Shown here piece after piece: positions 26,139 through 34,906 of a stretch of DNA of 64,000 nt. The stretch lies in the NCBI GenBank assembly GCA_965215005.1, contig CBDCCZ010000039.1, forward strand, positions 42,572 to 106,571, given 5' to 3'. The position numbers were made by a program, and so were the translations under genes. This DNA is from Kofleriaceae bacterium. Its GTDB lineage: Bacteria; Myxococcota_A; Polyangia; Haliangiales; Haliangiaceae. The notes under the pieces were generated by a model, which searched no databases, was not told the DNA's origin, and saw nothing but the letters and a program-made list of their open reading frames with translations. Position 1 is the first letter of the stretch. Each line of letters starts with the position of its first letter.

Positions 26139-27643
26139 CAGAGCTCCTTGCCGATCGATATCTTGAACTCCAGTCCCTCCGGCGAGCGGCCAAGGGTGAC
26201 ATCGAGGCCGCGTTTGGTCTCGTGAGCACCGCGGAGGCCCACGCCATACGAGTAAAGAAACTCGTCAACGAGTCCACGGGGCGTGTCACCGATGCCGCCG
26301 ACATCGACGAATACCAACGTTGAGAGGATGACGTTGGTCGTCATGTATTCCCACACTTGATACTGATATTCGAGATTACCCCACCAACCCCAGTTGCCGC
26401 GAAATCGGTCTTTGGCGTAGCCGCGCAGATGATTTTCGCGACCTAAGGTGACCAACTGGTGAAGCGGTACCTCTCCATCGCGGGTGAAGGGCTGCGCAAC
26501 AGCACTGCCGAGACGGACGACGAGCGTGCGATGGCGCGGCAGGACCGCAATGTACCTGGCGTACGCGATGCTCGCGGTGAGCGCGTTGAGGTCGGCGCCA
26601 CCGACGTCGGAAGTGATGCCTCCGGCGAGGCTGGCGAGGGCACCACGGGATGGGGTGCCGACGACATCGCGACTGTCATATAGCGCCACCAATTGCAGCT
26701 GCGGATAGTTATGGGTGTCGCCAAATCCGGGCGGGACGCCAGCGACGTCACCCACCATGAAACCGGGGATGTTTCGGTCGGTGCCGGTGGTGAGCGTTTG
26801 CCGACGGAAGCCGAGCTCGACCGAGCCAAATACGTCTTCGACACCGAGTCCAGTGAGATCTAGAGCCGCGACGGCCAACAGAGACTCGCTGCGCAGCACT
26901 CGGCGGTCGTCGAACTCGGTGTCCGCTCCGATGCCAAACCAACGCTGGTTGCCATCGAGCTCCCACTCGGCCTCGGCCGCAAGCTGCCGACCCTCGAGGC
27001 GCGGATACGTGTCTTGATAGCGCCCGCGCAGCTCGTAGTCGCCGTCGAAGCGATACAGCCCGCTGATGTCGACGACGTTGTCTTGGCCAAATAGCGAGTT
27101 CAACGACAGGGTCGCGCCGAGCCCGAGACCGTCGCCAAGGCCGAGCTTGAGGCGAGGCGACAGCTCGATCTTGCCGCCGTAGAACTCGGTCAAGTCTTTG
27201 TAGCGCTTGTCGAGGCGATAGCGCTCGGTGGTGATAACGAGCAGTCCGATGGGCGAAAACGCCACCTCGATCAATCGCTCGGGGAGCGCCAGGAGGTGCC
27301 AGACGAGCTCAAACGGCGGCCGCGGCTCATGCCACACATTCGTGGTGAGCTCAGCAGGCGGTGTATCGGGTCGCGTCCGCGGCGCCGGCTGCTCGAGCCA
27401 GCGCGGGTCGGAGACATCGGCTCCCGTGGTCGGCGCAGGTGGCGCGGCATCGCGCGGGGACGGCGGGCTTGCGGCGGGCGGGTTGGCCGTGGCAGGAGCC
27501 TGTGCGTCAGAATCGACGGCAGCCGGCGGCGCCTGCTCCGGCGGCGCCTGCTCCGGCGATTGCGCGACGACCTGTGGCGCGACGCCAAAAATGAATACGC
27601 CCAAGGCGGCCGCAACCCGCGCCTTACCGACCGATGATGGCAT
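26138..27643 (-). CDS. Omp85 (BamA/TamA-family) outer-membrane beta-barrel, no evident POTRA domains
   Basis: Signal peptide, Pro-rich linker, YDSRD, LG...LRGY..DRFRG, FVDVG, YSYGVGLR motifs. Its stop overlaps the next start (TGATG). Confidence 0.85.
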   Translation of the reverse strand: MPSSVGKARVAAALGVFIFGVAPQVVAQSPEQAPPEQAPPAAVDSDAQAPATANPPAASPPSPRDAAPPAPTTGADVSDPRWLEQPAPRTRPDTPPAELTTNVWHEPRPPFELVWHLLALPERLIEVAFSPIGLLVITTERYRLDKRYKDLTEFYGGKIELSPRLKLGLGDGLGLGATLSLNSLFGQDNVVDISGLYRFDGDYELRGRYQDTYPRLEGRQLAAEAEWELDGNQRWFGIGADTEFDDRRVLRSESLLAVAALDLTGLGVEDVFGSVELGFRRQTLTTGTDRNIPGFMVGDVAGVPPGFGDTHNYPQLQLVALYDSRDVVGTPSRGALASLAGGITSDVGGADLNALTASIAYARYIAVLPRHRTLVVRLGSAVAQPFTRDGEVPLHQLVTLGRENHLRGYAKDRFRGNWGWWGNLEYQYQVWEYMTTNVILSTLVFVDVGGIGDTPRGLVDEFLYSYGVGLRGAHETKRGLDVTLGRSPEGLEFKISIGKEL

Positions 27644-27646
27644 CGC

Positions 27647-28801
27647 TCACTCCGGTCGCGGCGGGTTTGGCTCGATGACCGTGGTATCGAAGACGTCGCC
27701 GTCGAGGTTCACTGCACGCAGCGTCATGCGCTTGTCAGCGACATCCACCAGCACGTAATGCGGCTCCGTGCGCGCCTGCGCGGTGAACGCTCTCGGCGTG
27801 ACAGGGCGAATCGGCGCCCCCGCCGATCCGCTCACGATATACGTGGTGCCGTCTAGCGGCTTGGTGCGCTCGTAATCGTGATCGTGCCCGGTGAGCACCA
27901 GCTCGACGCCATGCTTCTTGGCCAAGCCGGCAATCGGCCGTTGCACTTGCTCATTCGACCCGTGCCACCCCGATGAGTAGGGTGGATGGTGCAGCATCAT
28001 CACGATGAACATGTCCTTTTTAGCGGCCTCGCGCAGGACCCGATCGATGTAGCCGAACTGGGCGCAACCGTCGCGGCACTCGATTCCACTATCGACGGCA
28101 ACGAAACGCACGTTGCCCCAGTCGTGATAGAAGTACCGGCGGCCGTTGGTCCAGCGATCGAGCAGCCAATAATGGCCGAAGTAGTCGCGGGCTCCCATGT
28201 CGTGGTTGCCGATGGCGGGGATGATCGGGGTCTTGACCAGCAGCGGTCGCTCGATCTGAAAAAAGCGATCCCACTGCGCTTTGATCCCGCCGCGCTCGAC
28301 CATGTCACCGGTGTTGATCACCACGTCGAGCTCCTCGCGCGCCATTGCCTCGATGAGATCGCGATGAACGCGGTGACCATTGCGAGTGTCGCCAAATGCT
28401 GCGAAGCGCAGCGGCTGACCCGCGGCCACACCGAGTCGAAAGGTGTACGCTTGCGTGGCCCCCTTCTGCGAGACCACCCGATAGCGGATCTTGGCGTGCG
28501 GTGGCACGTCGGTGAGCTTGGCTATCCACAAATCGCCATCGGGCTCGGCCTCGACCTCGACCGCCGTCGACGGGTCGGCGTCGGCAAGCCACCACTCCAC
28601 GCGGGGCGCGCTAATCAGCGACGCTTTGAGCGCGACATAGGCGGTGGTCTCATCGCCTACTAGAATGTATGGACCGGTGGTGAACAGTGCCGGCTCGGGC
28701 TCACTCCAGCCGGCGCGCTCCTGCGGAGGAACGCCGCACCCCGCGGCAAACAATGCGAGCCCAGCGCAAACGGCAAACCATGAACCAGTGCGATACTGCA
28801 T
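27647..28801 (-). CDS. Purple-acid-phosphatase-like metallophosphoesterase, lipoprotein
   Basis: Lipobox AAG-C; FN3-like N-domain; FGDTR, TGDMV, GNHD, HHPPYSSG, GHDHDYER metal motifs. Confidence 0.9.
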   Translation of the reverse strand: MQYRTGSWFAVCAGLALFAAGCGVPPQERAGWSEPEPALFTTGPYILVGDETTAYVALKASLISAPRVEWWLADADPSTAVEVEAEPDGDLWIAKLTDVPPHAKIRYRVVSQKGATQAYTFRLGVAAGQPLRFAAFGDTRNGHRVHRDLIEAMAREELDVVINTGDMVERGGIKAQWDRFFQIERPLLVKTPIIPAIGNHDMGARDYFGHYWLLDRWTNGRRYFYHDWGNVRFVAVDSGIECRDGCAQFGYIDRVLREAAKKDMFIVMMLHHPPYSSGWHGSNEQVQRPIAGLAKKHGVELVLTGHDHDYERTKPLDGTTYIVSGSAGAPIRPVTPRAFTAQARTEPHYVLVDVADKRMTLRAVNLDGDVFDTTVIEPNPPRPE

Positions 28802-28865
28802 GACGGGGGTCACGACCGCAGGCGCTGGCCGCGATATCCTCATCGGATAGACTGCCGCGACCAGC

Positions 28866-29903
28866 ATGCGGTTGCACGCGCTCACGGCAGGTTTTCTCAC
28901 GCTGCTCGTCTCGATGAGCTGCGGGGCACCGCAGCCGCGCGAGGCTCAACCTGCCGTTGACGGCACCTCGCCGCAGCGCGAGCCTGCCGGCTGCAAGGCC
29001 GGCGACGTCGCCGACTGCGTCAGCCGCGCACGAGCGCAATGCGAAGCCAGTCGCGCAACCGTTTGGGAAGTTCACAGCGACGGCTTTCCCGATCTGGTCG
29101 TGGCACCGCCGCTGGTGCGCGCGCGCTATCTCGGGTCCACGATCTATTCCGTCGACGGCCAGCACTGGCTGGCCTGCGTCGAGCAGTGCCCCGAGTCGTC
29201 ATCGCCGCAGCCGAGCTGCTTTCCGCTGCATGCACCGATCTCGATGATGCTGCGCTACGACGCCACCTGCCGCGTACAGGATCGCGCCGATGAGCCATGG
29301 CAGGAGCAGCTGGCTCGCCAGCTGGTCGTCGACTGCGGCGCCGCGCCGAGCTCGATTCGCTACGTGCCGGCGTACGAAGCGGTGGCGCGAGCGCTAGTCG
29401 AGACGGGGGTCATCGCCGCCGACTCACCGCTAGCTCGGCTCGGCGGCTTGCCGGTCGCAATGGTCTCCGAGGGCGCGCCAGTGTTCGAGGTAACCGAGGT
29501 GACTCCGGCGAGCTGCGATGCCTTCGCGTTGCCGCCAAGCGCCACTATCGTGTCCTCGCCGGCGGCCCATCGCGAGCTGGGGGAGCTGTATCCGCGGTTT
29601 CGCGCCCGCGCCGACGCGGCCGCCGCGGCGTTGACGGAAACCCGACTCGGCGAAGCGGAGGATGCGTTGCTCGCCCAAGCGAGCTCGGACCTAGCCGAGC
29701 GCTGCGCCGGCGCTGGCCTTGCAGCCAGCAGCGAGGCTGAGCTGCAACGATGTTTGCGCACCCAACCCGACATCCGCGGCTGGATCGCAAACCTGCTCGC
29801 CGACCGTCTTGCTCAGGCCCGGCGCGGCCTTTCGGACGAGCTGACCGAGCTGCGCCGGCGCGAGTACCTCGGGCCGCTATGCCGCCACTTCTCAACGCCG
29901 TAA
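28866..29903 (+). CDS. Cys-containing hypothetical lipoprotein
   Basis: 345-aa ORF with GC3-rich codons; signal ending LVSMS-C; several spaced Cys; helical C-terminus. Confidence 0.65.
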   Translation: MRLHALTAGFLTLLVSMSCGAPQPREAQPAVDGTSPQREPAGCKAGDVADCVSRARAQCEASRATVWEVHSDGFPDLVVAPPLVRARYLGSTIYSVDGQHWLACVEQCPESSSPQPSCFPLHAPISMMLRYDATCRVQDRADEPWQEQLARQLVVDCGAAPSSIRYVPAYEAVARALVETGVIAADSPLARLGGLPVAMVSEGAPVFEVTEVTPASCDAFALPPSATIVSSPAAHRELGELYPRFRARADAAAAALTETRLGEAEDALLAQASSDLAERCAGAGLAASSEAELQRCLRTQPDIRGWIANLLADRLAQARRGLSDELTELRRREYLGPLCRHFSTP

Positions 29904-30078
29904 CGCTGACGTGCTCGCGGCAAACAGGCCGAAATTCTGGCCCTAGCGACTCCTACTTCATCGCACAAAGGGCGCGCGCGGCGCTGGGGGTGGTGACCGC
30001 CGCCTGCAACCGAACGTATGCACACCAAAGCTAGCCATGCCGGGCCCGCCGCACCGAAATACTGCCGATCCAGAACTG

Positions 30079-30091
30079 TAAGTGACTGATT
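30079..30091 (-). promoter_or_regulatory. Possible IHF binding site
   Basis: Minus strand AATCAGTCACTTA matches WATCAR-N4-TTR, in an AT-richer patch about 30 bp upstream of a sigma-54 box. Confidence 0.4.
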
Positions 30092-30119
30092 TAGAAGCCG
30101 GCAACTCGGTAGGCCAGCC

Positions 30120-30135
30120 TGGCTCTGCCCTTGCA
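30120..30135 (+). promoter_or_regulatory. Putative sigma-54 promoter of the M15 peptidase gene
   Basis: TGGCTC-TGCCC-TTGCA, GG-N10-GC; -12 C is 17 nt before ATG 30151. Confidence 0.6.
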
Positions 30136-30150
30136 CAATGGCGCCTCCGC

Positions 30151-31518
30151 ATGCCTGTACAGAACTCGTTCTCGTGGATGTATCGCGGCGCCCTCCTCGC
30201 GCTGGCCCTCACCTCCGCCTCGGGTTGCCTTCTCGGCGACACCGGCGCCTACGAGCCGATGGACGACAGCGTCGACGCCGGCATCGATGGAGATTCTCAC
30301 GATCATCATGACGACCTGCTCGTGGATCCGAATGAGCCTGAGCCCGATGTGCTGTACGCGCCGTCGCTCACGGTGGACCAGGTGATGTGGAACTACTGCA
30401 GCACGGCGCCGGTGCGCGGACTGTCCGAGCAGATCGCCGAAGAAATCGAATGCCTTCGCCCCGGCACGATGGCCTCGCTCAGCGGCATTCCGGGCGTCTC
30501 GGTGAACTCCGGCACGTTGCCGTACCTGCAGCGCGAAGCAGCCGCGAGCCTCGGACGGGTTACGGCCGGTGGCGGCACGATCAGCATCAACTCGGGGCTG
30601 CGCAGCACCGCGCAGCAATACATTCTGTATCGCTGGGATCAGCTCAATCGCTGTCGCCACGTCGTCATCACCGCGGCCCCTCCAGGCGGCTCGAATCACG
30701 AGTCGGGGTTGGCCATCGATGTCTCCGATGCCTATAGCTGGCGCTCGCGGCTGGGGAGCCGCGGGTTTCGTTGGTTTGGCAGCGGCGACGCGGTGCATTT
30801 CGATTACGTCACCGGCGGCACCGACATTCGCCACTTGGCCGTGCAGGCGTTCCAGCGGTTGTGGAACCGCAACAACCCCGGTGACCGCATCTCCGAAGAC
30901 GGCGACTACGGCGGCACCACCGAATCGCGCCTCAAGCGCGCACCGGCTGCGGGGTTCGCGCGCGGCCCGAGCTGCTCACCCATGCCATCGGCCAACGCCG
31001 CCGCCATGGAGGTCTTCTGGCAACGCGAGCGCGACGGCAGCTACGCGCTCCGGGCATTGGCGCCGCAGCAGGTGAACCGCGTCGAATACTATGTCGACGG
31101 CTATCCGGTTGGCGAAGCGACGCGCGGCGCGGAAAACAACTTCCCAACCAGCTATCGATTCACCTCCAATGGCAGCGAGCGGCGCTTCGAGGCGCGCGGC
31201 TTCGACGGCAGCGGCGAGCTCGTGGCCCGCGGCGTGGGTCTGATGGACGTGACCGACGGAGCTGCTATCTACATTCGCCAAATGGGCAAGCGGCTGTATG
31301 AGATCGGCATGGAAGGCGCGCCTGAAGCGATCGCGGCGATCGAGGTCGATGCCGACCAATGGACCCTCACGGACAGCGTCACCGGCCAGGCGCGCTCCAC
31401 GCGGAAGGCGGTTCGCTCGACGTTCACGATGCTCGGCGAGCGGACGTTCAAGATCACCACGTTCAACGCCGACGGCTCGTCGCGCGGCTCGCTCTACCGA
31501 ACGTTCACCCTCGAGTAA
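30151..31518 (+). CDS. M15-family (VanY-like) Zn peptidoglycan peptidase lipoprotein with peptidoglycan-binding-like and two Ig-like repeats
   Basis: Lipobox ASG-C; SGLRS..QQ, SNHESGLAID (SxHxxGxAxD), DAVHFD; AFQRLWN...EDGDYG PG-binding-like; duplicated C-terminal beta domain. Start may be 30178. Confidence 0.85.
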   Translation: MPVQNSFSWMYRGALLALALTSASGCLLGDTGAYEPMDDSVDAGIDGDSHDHHDDLLVDPNEPEPDVLYAPSLTVDQVMWNYCSTAPVRGLSEQIAEEIECLRPGTMASLSGIPGVSVNSGTLPYLQREAAASLGRVTAGGGTISINSGLRSTAQQYILYRWDQLNRCRHVVITAAPPGGSNHESGLAIDVSDAYSWRSRLGSRGFRWFGSGDAVHFDYVTGGTDIRHLAVQAFQRLWNRNNPGDRISEDGDYGGTTESRLKRAPAAGFARGPSCSPMPSANAAAMEVFWQRERDGSYALRALAPQQVNRVEYYVDGYPVGEATRGAENNFPTSYRFTSNGSERRFEARGFDGSGELVARGVGLMDVTDGAAIYIRQMGKRLYEIGMEGAPEAIAAIEVDADQWTLTDSVTGQARSTRKAVRSTFTMLGERTFKITTFNADGSSRGSLYRTFTLE

Positions 31519-31534
31519 CGAGTCGGCCGAGGCA

Positions 31535-31628
31535 CCGAGTGGCGCGCGACGACAATCGTGAGCCACTCGGATTGCGCGATCGATGCAGAGACGAAGCGCC
31601 GGGAGGGGAGCCAACTCTGGCTCCCCTC
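31535..31628. other. Two adjacent intergenic hairpins
   Basis: CCGAGTGGC...GCCACTCGG (31535-31570) and GAGGGGAGCCA-ACTC-TGGCTCCCCTC (31603-31628); no U tracts. Confidence 0.6.
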
Positions 31629-31784
31629 GCCGCGATTGGGTCGGCCAGGCTTCCGTCACGGATCGTTTAACGGCGGAGAAGAGGCTTGGACGCAGCGCAG
31701 CTCGCGGTATTCTCGCGGCCGCCGCGGACACTCCCACGGCAGCTCGTTTCGAACATCTTGGGCGCTCGCGCGTTGAACTCATCT

Positions 31785-32735
31785 ATGACTCGTCTCTTAT
31801 CGCTTTTGTTTGCGTGTGCGCTCGGCGCCGCGCCTGCGTGCATCATCGTCCCCGATAGCGACACGCCGGCGTCGCGTCCGCCTCCGCAGCCGCAGCCTGC
31901 TCCGCAGCCGCAGCCAACGCCGCAGCCGCAGCCGCAGCCGCAGCCGCAGCCAGCTCCATCGCCGCAGCCGGCTCCGCAGCAGCCGCCCCCGAGCGCGCGG
32001 TGCCAGCTCAGCGGCGCGCCGCTGTATCGCGCCTCCACCGCTCGTGGCGGCGCGGCAAGCCGCAACATCATCATCTATGAAAGCGGCGGCTGGCAGATCG
32101 ATACCCCCGAGCTACGCGCCGCCGGTTGCCTCGATGACAGCGCTACCCAGGCCATCGCCGCCGCGGCCGCCGCCGCCGACTTCACACCACCGCCGCCGCC
32201 GCGGATGCAGTGCCGCGCCGTTCCAATCTTCGAGACCCGCGTCGAATCGGCTGGAAAGCTGGCTCGCTTCACCCATCCCTGCGGCACGCCCGTGAGCGCC
32301 GGCGTCGTCGAGCTGCAGCGGTTGGTCGACCAGACGCTAGAGGCGCCGTCGCTGCCCGCGCCGGCTCCGCAGGCGAGCTGCACGGCGGATGGGCCGCTCC
32401 TGGTCGAGCATCGGGTCTTGCCGATGCCGCGTGGCAGCCGCGACTTGCGTCTGCAGCTCCGCATCACCGGCGCCTGGCAGCGCCTCGATGACAAGCGCCA
32501 GACCGCGAGTGGCTGTCTATCGAGCGAGCAGCTGGCGCGTTTGCAAGCCGCCGTTGCCGCTGCCGATTTGCGTCCGCCACCACGCGCCGAAATCACCTGC
32601 ATGGCGCTGCCGAATCAACACGACATCCTGACCACCGCCAAAGGCAGCATCGGCTTCGATAGCCCGTGCGGCAAGCAAGCGCCCAGCGACTCGGCGCGGC
32701 TCCTCATCGAGCTGGCGCGCGAGCTCGCCAAGTAG
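31785..32735 (+). CDS. Lipoprotein with Pro-Gln linker and a tandem-duplicated Cys-conserved domain
   Basis: Signal MTRLLSLLFACALGAAPA-C; PQ linker; two copies of C...G.W...GCL...AAAAD..PPP...C.A.P...F..PCG. Confidence 0.75.
   Translation: MTRLLSLLFACALGAAPACIIVPDSDTPASRPPPQPQPAPQPQPTPQPQPQPQPQPAPSPQPAPQQPPPSARCQLSGAPLYRASTARGGAASRNIIIYESGGWQIDTPELRAAGCLDDSATQAIAAAAAAADFTPPPPPRMQCRAVPIFETRVESAGKLARFTHPCGTPVSAGVVELQRLVDQTLEAPSLPAPAPQASCTADGPLLVEHRVLPMPRGSRDLRLQLRITGAWQRLDDKRQTASGCLSSEQLARLQAAVAAADLRPPPRAEITCMALPNQHDILTTAKGSIGFDSPCGKQAPSDSARLLIELARELAK
31884..31982 (+). repeat. (CCGCAG)n coding hexamer repeat (Pro-Gln)
   Basis: Imperfect CCGCAG array with five perfect units at 31920-31949. 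Confidence 0.85.
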
Positions 32736-32763
32736 AAGCGCTCGCCTCTACCCCACCTCTGCG

Positions 32764-34170
32764 TTACATCTGCGCGGCGCGGATGACCCCCGTGAGCTCG
32801 GTACCCCGATAGAACTCGCTCACGCGCCGCATATCGCCGCGAGCGACGGCGTAGGCGATCGCTGCCGAAGCGGCCATCGCCGTCTGCTCGCTGGGCATCG
32901 CCGCCGCCTCGCCGGTGCGCGGATCCCACGCACTGGCGTTGCCGGCGCGATCGATCCCGCCAAACCAACCGGTCTTTAAATGCCCGTTGCCGAGCACGTA
33001 CACCCAATTGCTGTTGCCGGGGGTGCCATCAGGCCAACCGTTGCGATTGAGCGGCGTCTTGGGGGTGTCGCCGTGAATCGAGATGACCACGCTATCGGCC
33101 AGCGTCTGACCTGCGCAGCTGGCGTCTTCTAGTGTCATCAAGTCGTCGTAGAACGCTTGCAAGATCTGCCCTATCCCCAGCGTCGTGCTGCGCAAGTTGT
33201 TCATGTCGTTGAACGCACCGTGCGGATCATCGCGAAGCACCGGCACCATCACCGAGCTGGTGAGGCCCATGGCAAAGGCTTTTGCGGTGATGATCAGCGC
33301 CGTGGCCATCTCGCTGAGCTTGGTTTGCGTCGCCGGGCCGATGCCATACCGAGCGCGGTCGGCGTCGTTGACCTGCAATGCACTGGCGAGGTTGGTGCCG
33401 AGCAAGCTCGACGCCGTCTTGCCCGTTGCGAAGGGCCGCAAGGTAGTGGGCATGCCAGCAGCCGCATTGAGCGACAACAGCGCCTTGTAGCTCGCATCGT
33501 AGAGCTCGGCGTCGGCGCGCTGCTCGAGAACCCCACCGGCGCGCGACGCGGCGCTGTTGAACAGCGAAACGATTTGCTCGGCAGCACCCACGCGGGAGAC
33601 GCGCGGAGCTCCCGGCGCTGCACCAAACGGCGCATTGTCGATGGCGATCGCCGGCACCAAGGTGGGATTGGTGGTCTGCATCGCGGCACACGCCGCAAAC
33701 AGCGACGTACCGGCGCCGATGGTCGAGCTCGTCGAAGGAGTTTGCGTGTGGGTCTCGTTGGAGCCCGACATCAAAGCGGTCACTTGCTTGCGGCCATCAA
33801 GGCCGCGCCACGGCGCTTCGGGACCCAACGTGAGCGGCCGATCGGTCCCCGGCGCCAGCGTCTCCTCGCCGATGGCATGCCATGCAAACCCCGCATTTCG
33901 CGCCGCGGCGACGTCATTGTGCGGCCACAGCAGCTGAAACCACGCCAAGCCGCCGTTGCCGCCGATCAGGTGCACCGAGCGGTTGGTTGGATGACACGCG
34001 GCTTCATCGGCCAACGCCACGCCGCCGGCACCGCCGAGGAGCTCGTAGACCTTCCAGCGGGGGATCGCCAGCGCCGCGCCCGCCGCGACGCTCCACTTGA
34101 TGAGGCTCCGACGCGACAGCTGGCGGCGTTCTTCGCGCTCGCGGCGCTTGTTACTTCCAAAGAGTCCCAT
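32764..34170 (-). CDS. Tat-exported protein resembling DUF1501/DUF1552-type proteins
   Basis: Twin-arginine SRRSLIK; GGNGG; DPH; GDTPKTP; GWPD motifs; last gene of the cytochrome cluster. Confidence 0.65.
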   Translation of the reverse strand: MGLFGSNKRREREERRQLSRRSLIKWSVAAGAALAIPRWKVYELLGGAGGVALADEAACHPTNRSVHLIGGNGGLAWFQLLWPHNDVAAARNAGFAWHAIGEETLAPGTDRPLTLGPEAPWRGLDGRKQVTALMSGSNETHTQTPSTSSTIGAGTSLFAACAAMQTTNPTLVPAIAIDNAPFGAAPGAPRVSRVGAAEQIVSLFNSAASRAGGVLEQRADAELYDASYKALLSLNAAAGMPTTLRPFATGKTASSLLGTNLASALQVNDADRARYGIGPATQTKLSEMATALIITAKAFAMGLTSSVMVPVLRDDPHGAFNDMNNLRSTTLGIGQILQAFYDDLMTLEDASCAGQTLADSVVISIHGDTPKTPLNRNGWPDGTPGNSNWVYVLGNGHLKTGWFGGIDRAGNASAWDPRTGEAAAMPSEQTAMAASAAIAYAVARGDMRRVSEFYRGTELTGVIRAAQM

Positions 34171-34184
34171 GGCACTTGTCCTCG

Positions 34185-34874
34185 CTATTCACAGGTGTGA
34201 GCGGCCGCCAGCAGCGCTGCGACGGCCATGTGCTTGCCCTTTTCGACAGAGCTGCCGCGGGTCACCATCTGATTGCAGACCTCGAGATGGCCCGCGGTGG
34301 CCGGCACGCCGACCAGGCACGTGATGCCATCGACGGAGCACTGATTCGAGTCGTTGAATAGCCGCGCCCCCACGCCACCAACTTGGCATTCCGGTCGATT
34401 GGGCAGCTGCGCGATGATCTCAGGCGCAGCCTGCACGAAGATGTCGAACAGCTTCGAAGCACTGGCCGTGGTGAGCTCGAGGTTCTCGCGCGACCGCGCC
34501 GCATAGCTAGCGGCGCCAAGCGCTTGGTCACTGGTTCGCCACAGCTGCCCAGCGGCGAGCTCACCGGCGGCCGCCAGGTCCACACCGCGCGACGCCAGCA
34601 GTCGGCCGATGGTCGCGTAACGCATTTTTGGGCACGAATGAATTCGCGCGGTGAAGCTCGGCGGCCCCTCTTCTTGCAACCGATCGAGCAGCTCCCACAC
34701 ATCCGGCATCGAGTCGGGATGATCGTACGTATTGTCCTGCCCACCGCTCGCGGCACCACTGGGGGTGTCTGCGGCAGCGCCCGAGTCATCGGCATCGGGG
34801 TCATCAATCTCACCGGCACATCCGATTACCAGCGTAAAGAGCACCGCCCACAGCACCAAACCGAGCTTGTTCAT
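34185..34874 (-). CDS. Cys-rich hypothetical lipoprotein
   Basis: Start after GGAGG; signal MNKLGLVLWAVLFTLVIG-C. The upstream extension in the ORF track overlaps the previous gene and is discarded. Confidence 0.75.
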   Translation of the reverse strand: MNKLGLVLWAVLFTLVIGCAGEIDDPDADDSGAAADTPSGAASGGQDNTYDHPDSMPDVWELLDRLQEEGPPSFTARIHSCPKMRYATIGRLLASRGVDLAAAGELAAGQLWRTSDQALGAASYAARSRENLELTTASASKLFDIFVQAAPEIIAQLPNRPECQVGGVGARLFNDSNQCSVDGITCLVGVPATAGHLEVCNQMVTRGSSVEKGKHMAVAALLAAAHTCE

Positions 34875-34906
34875 CGTTGCCTCCTGGACGCGCGCTGAGC
34901 TCATTT

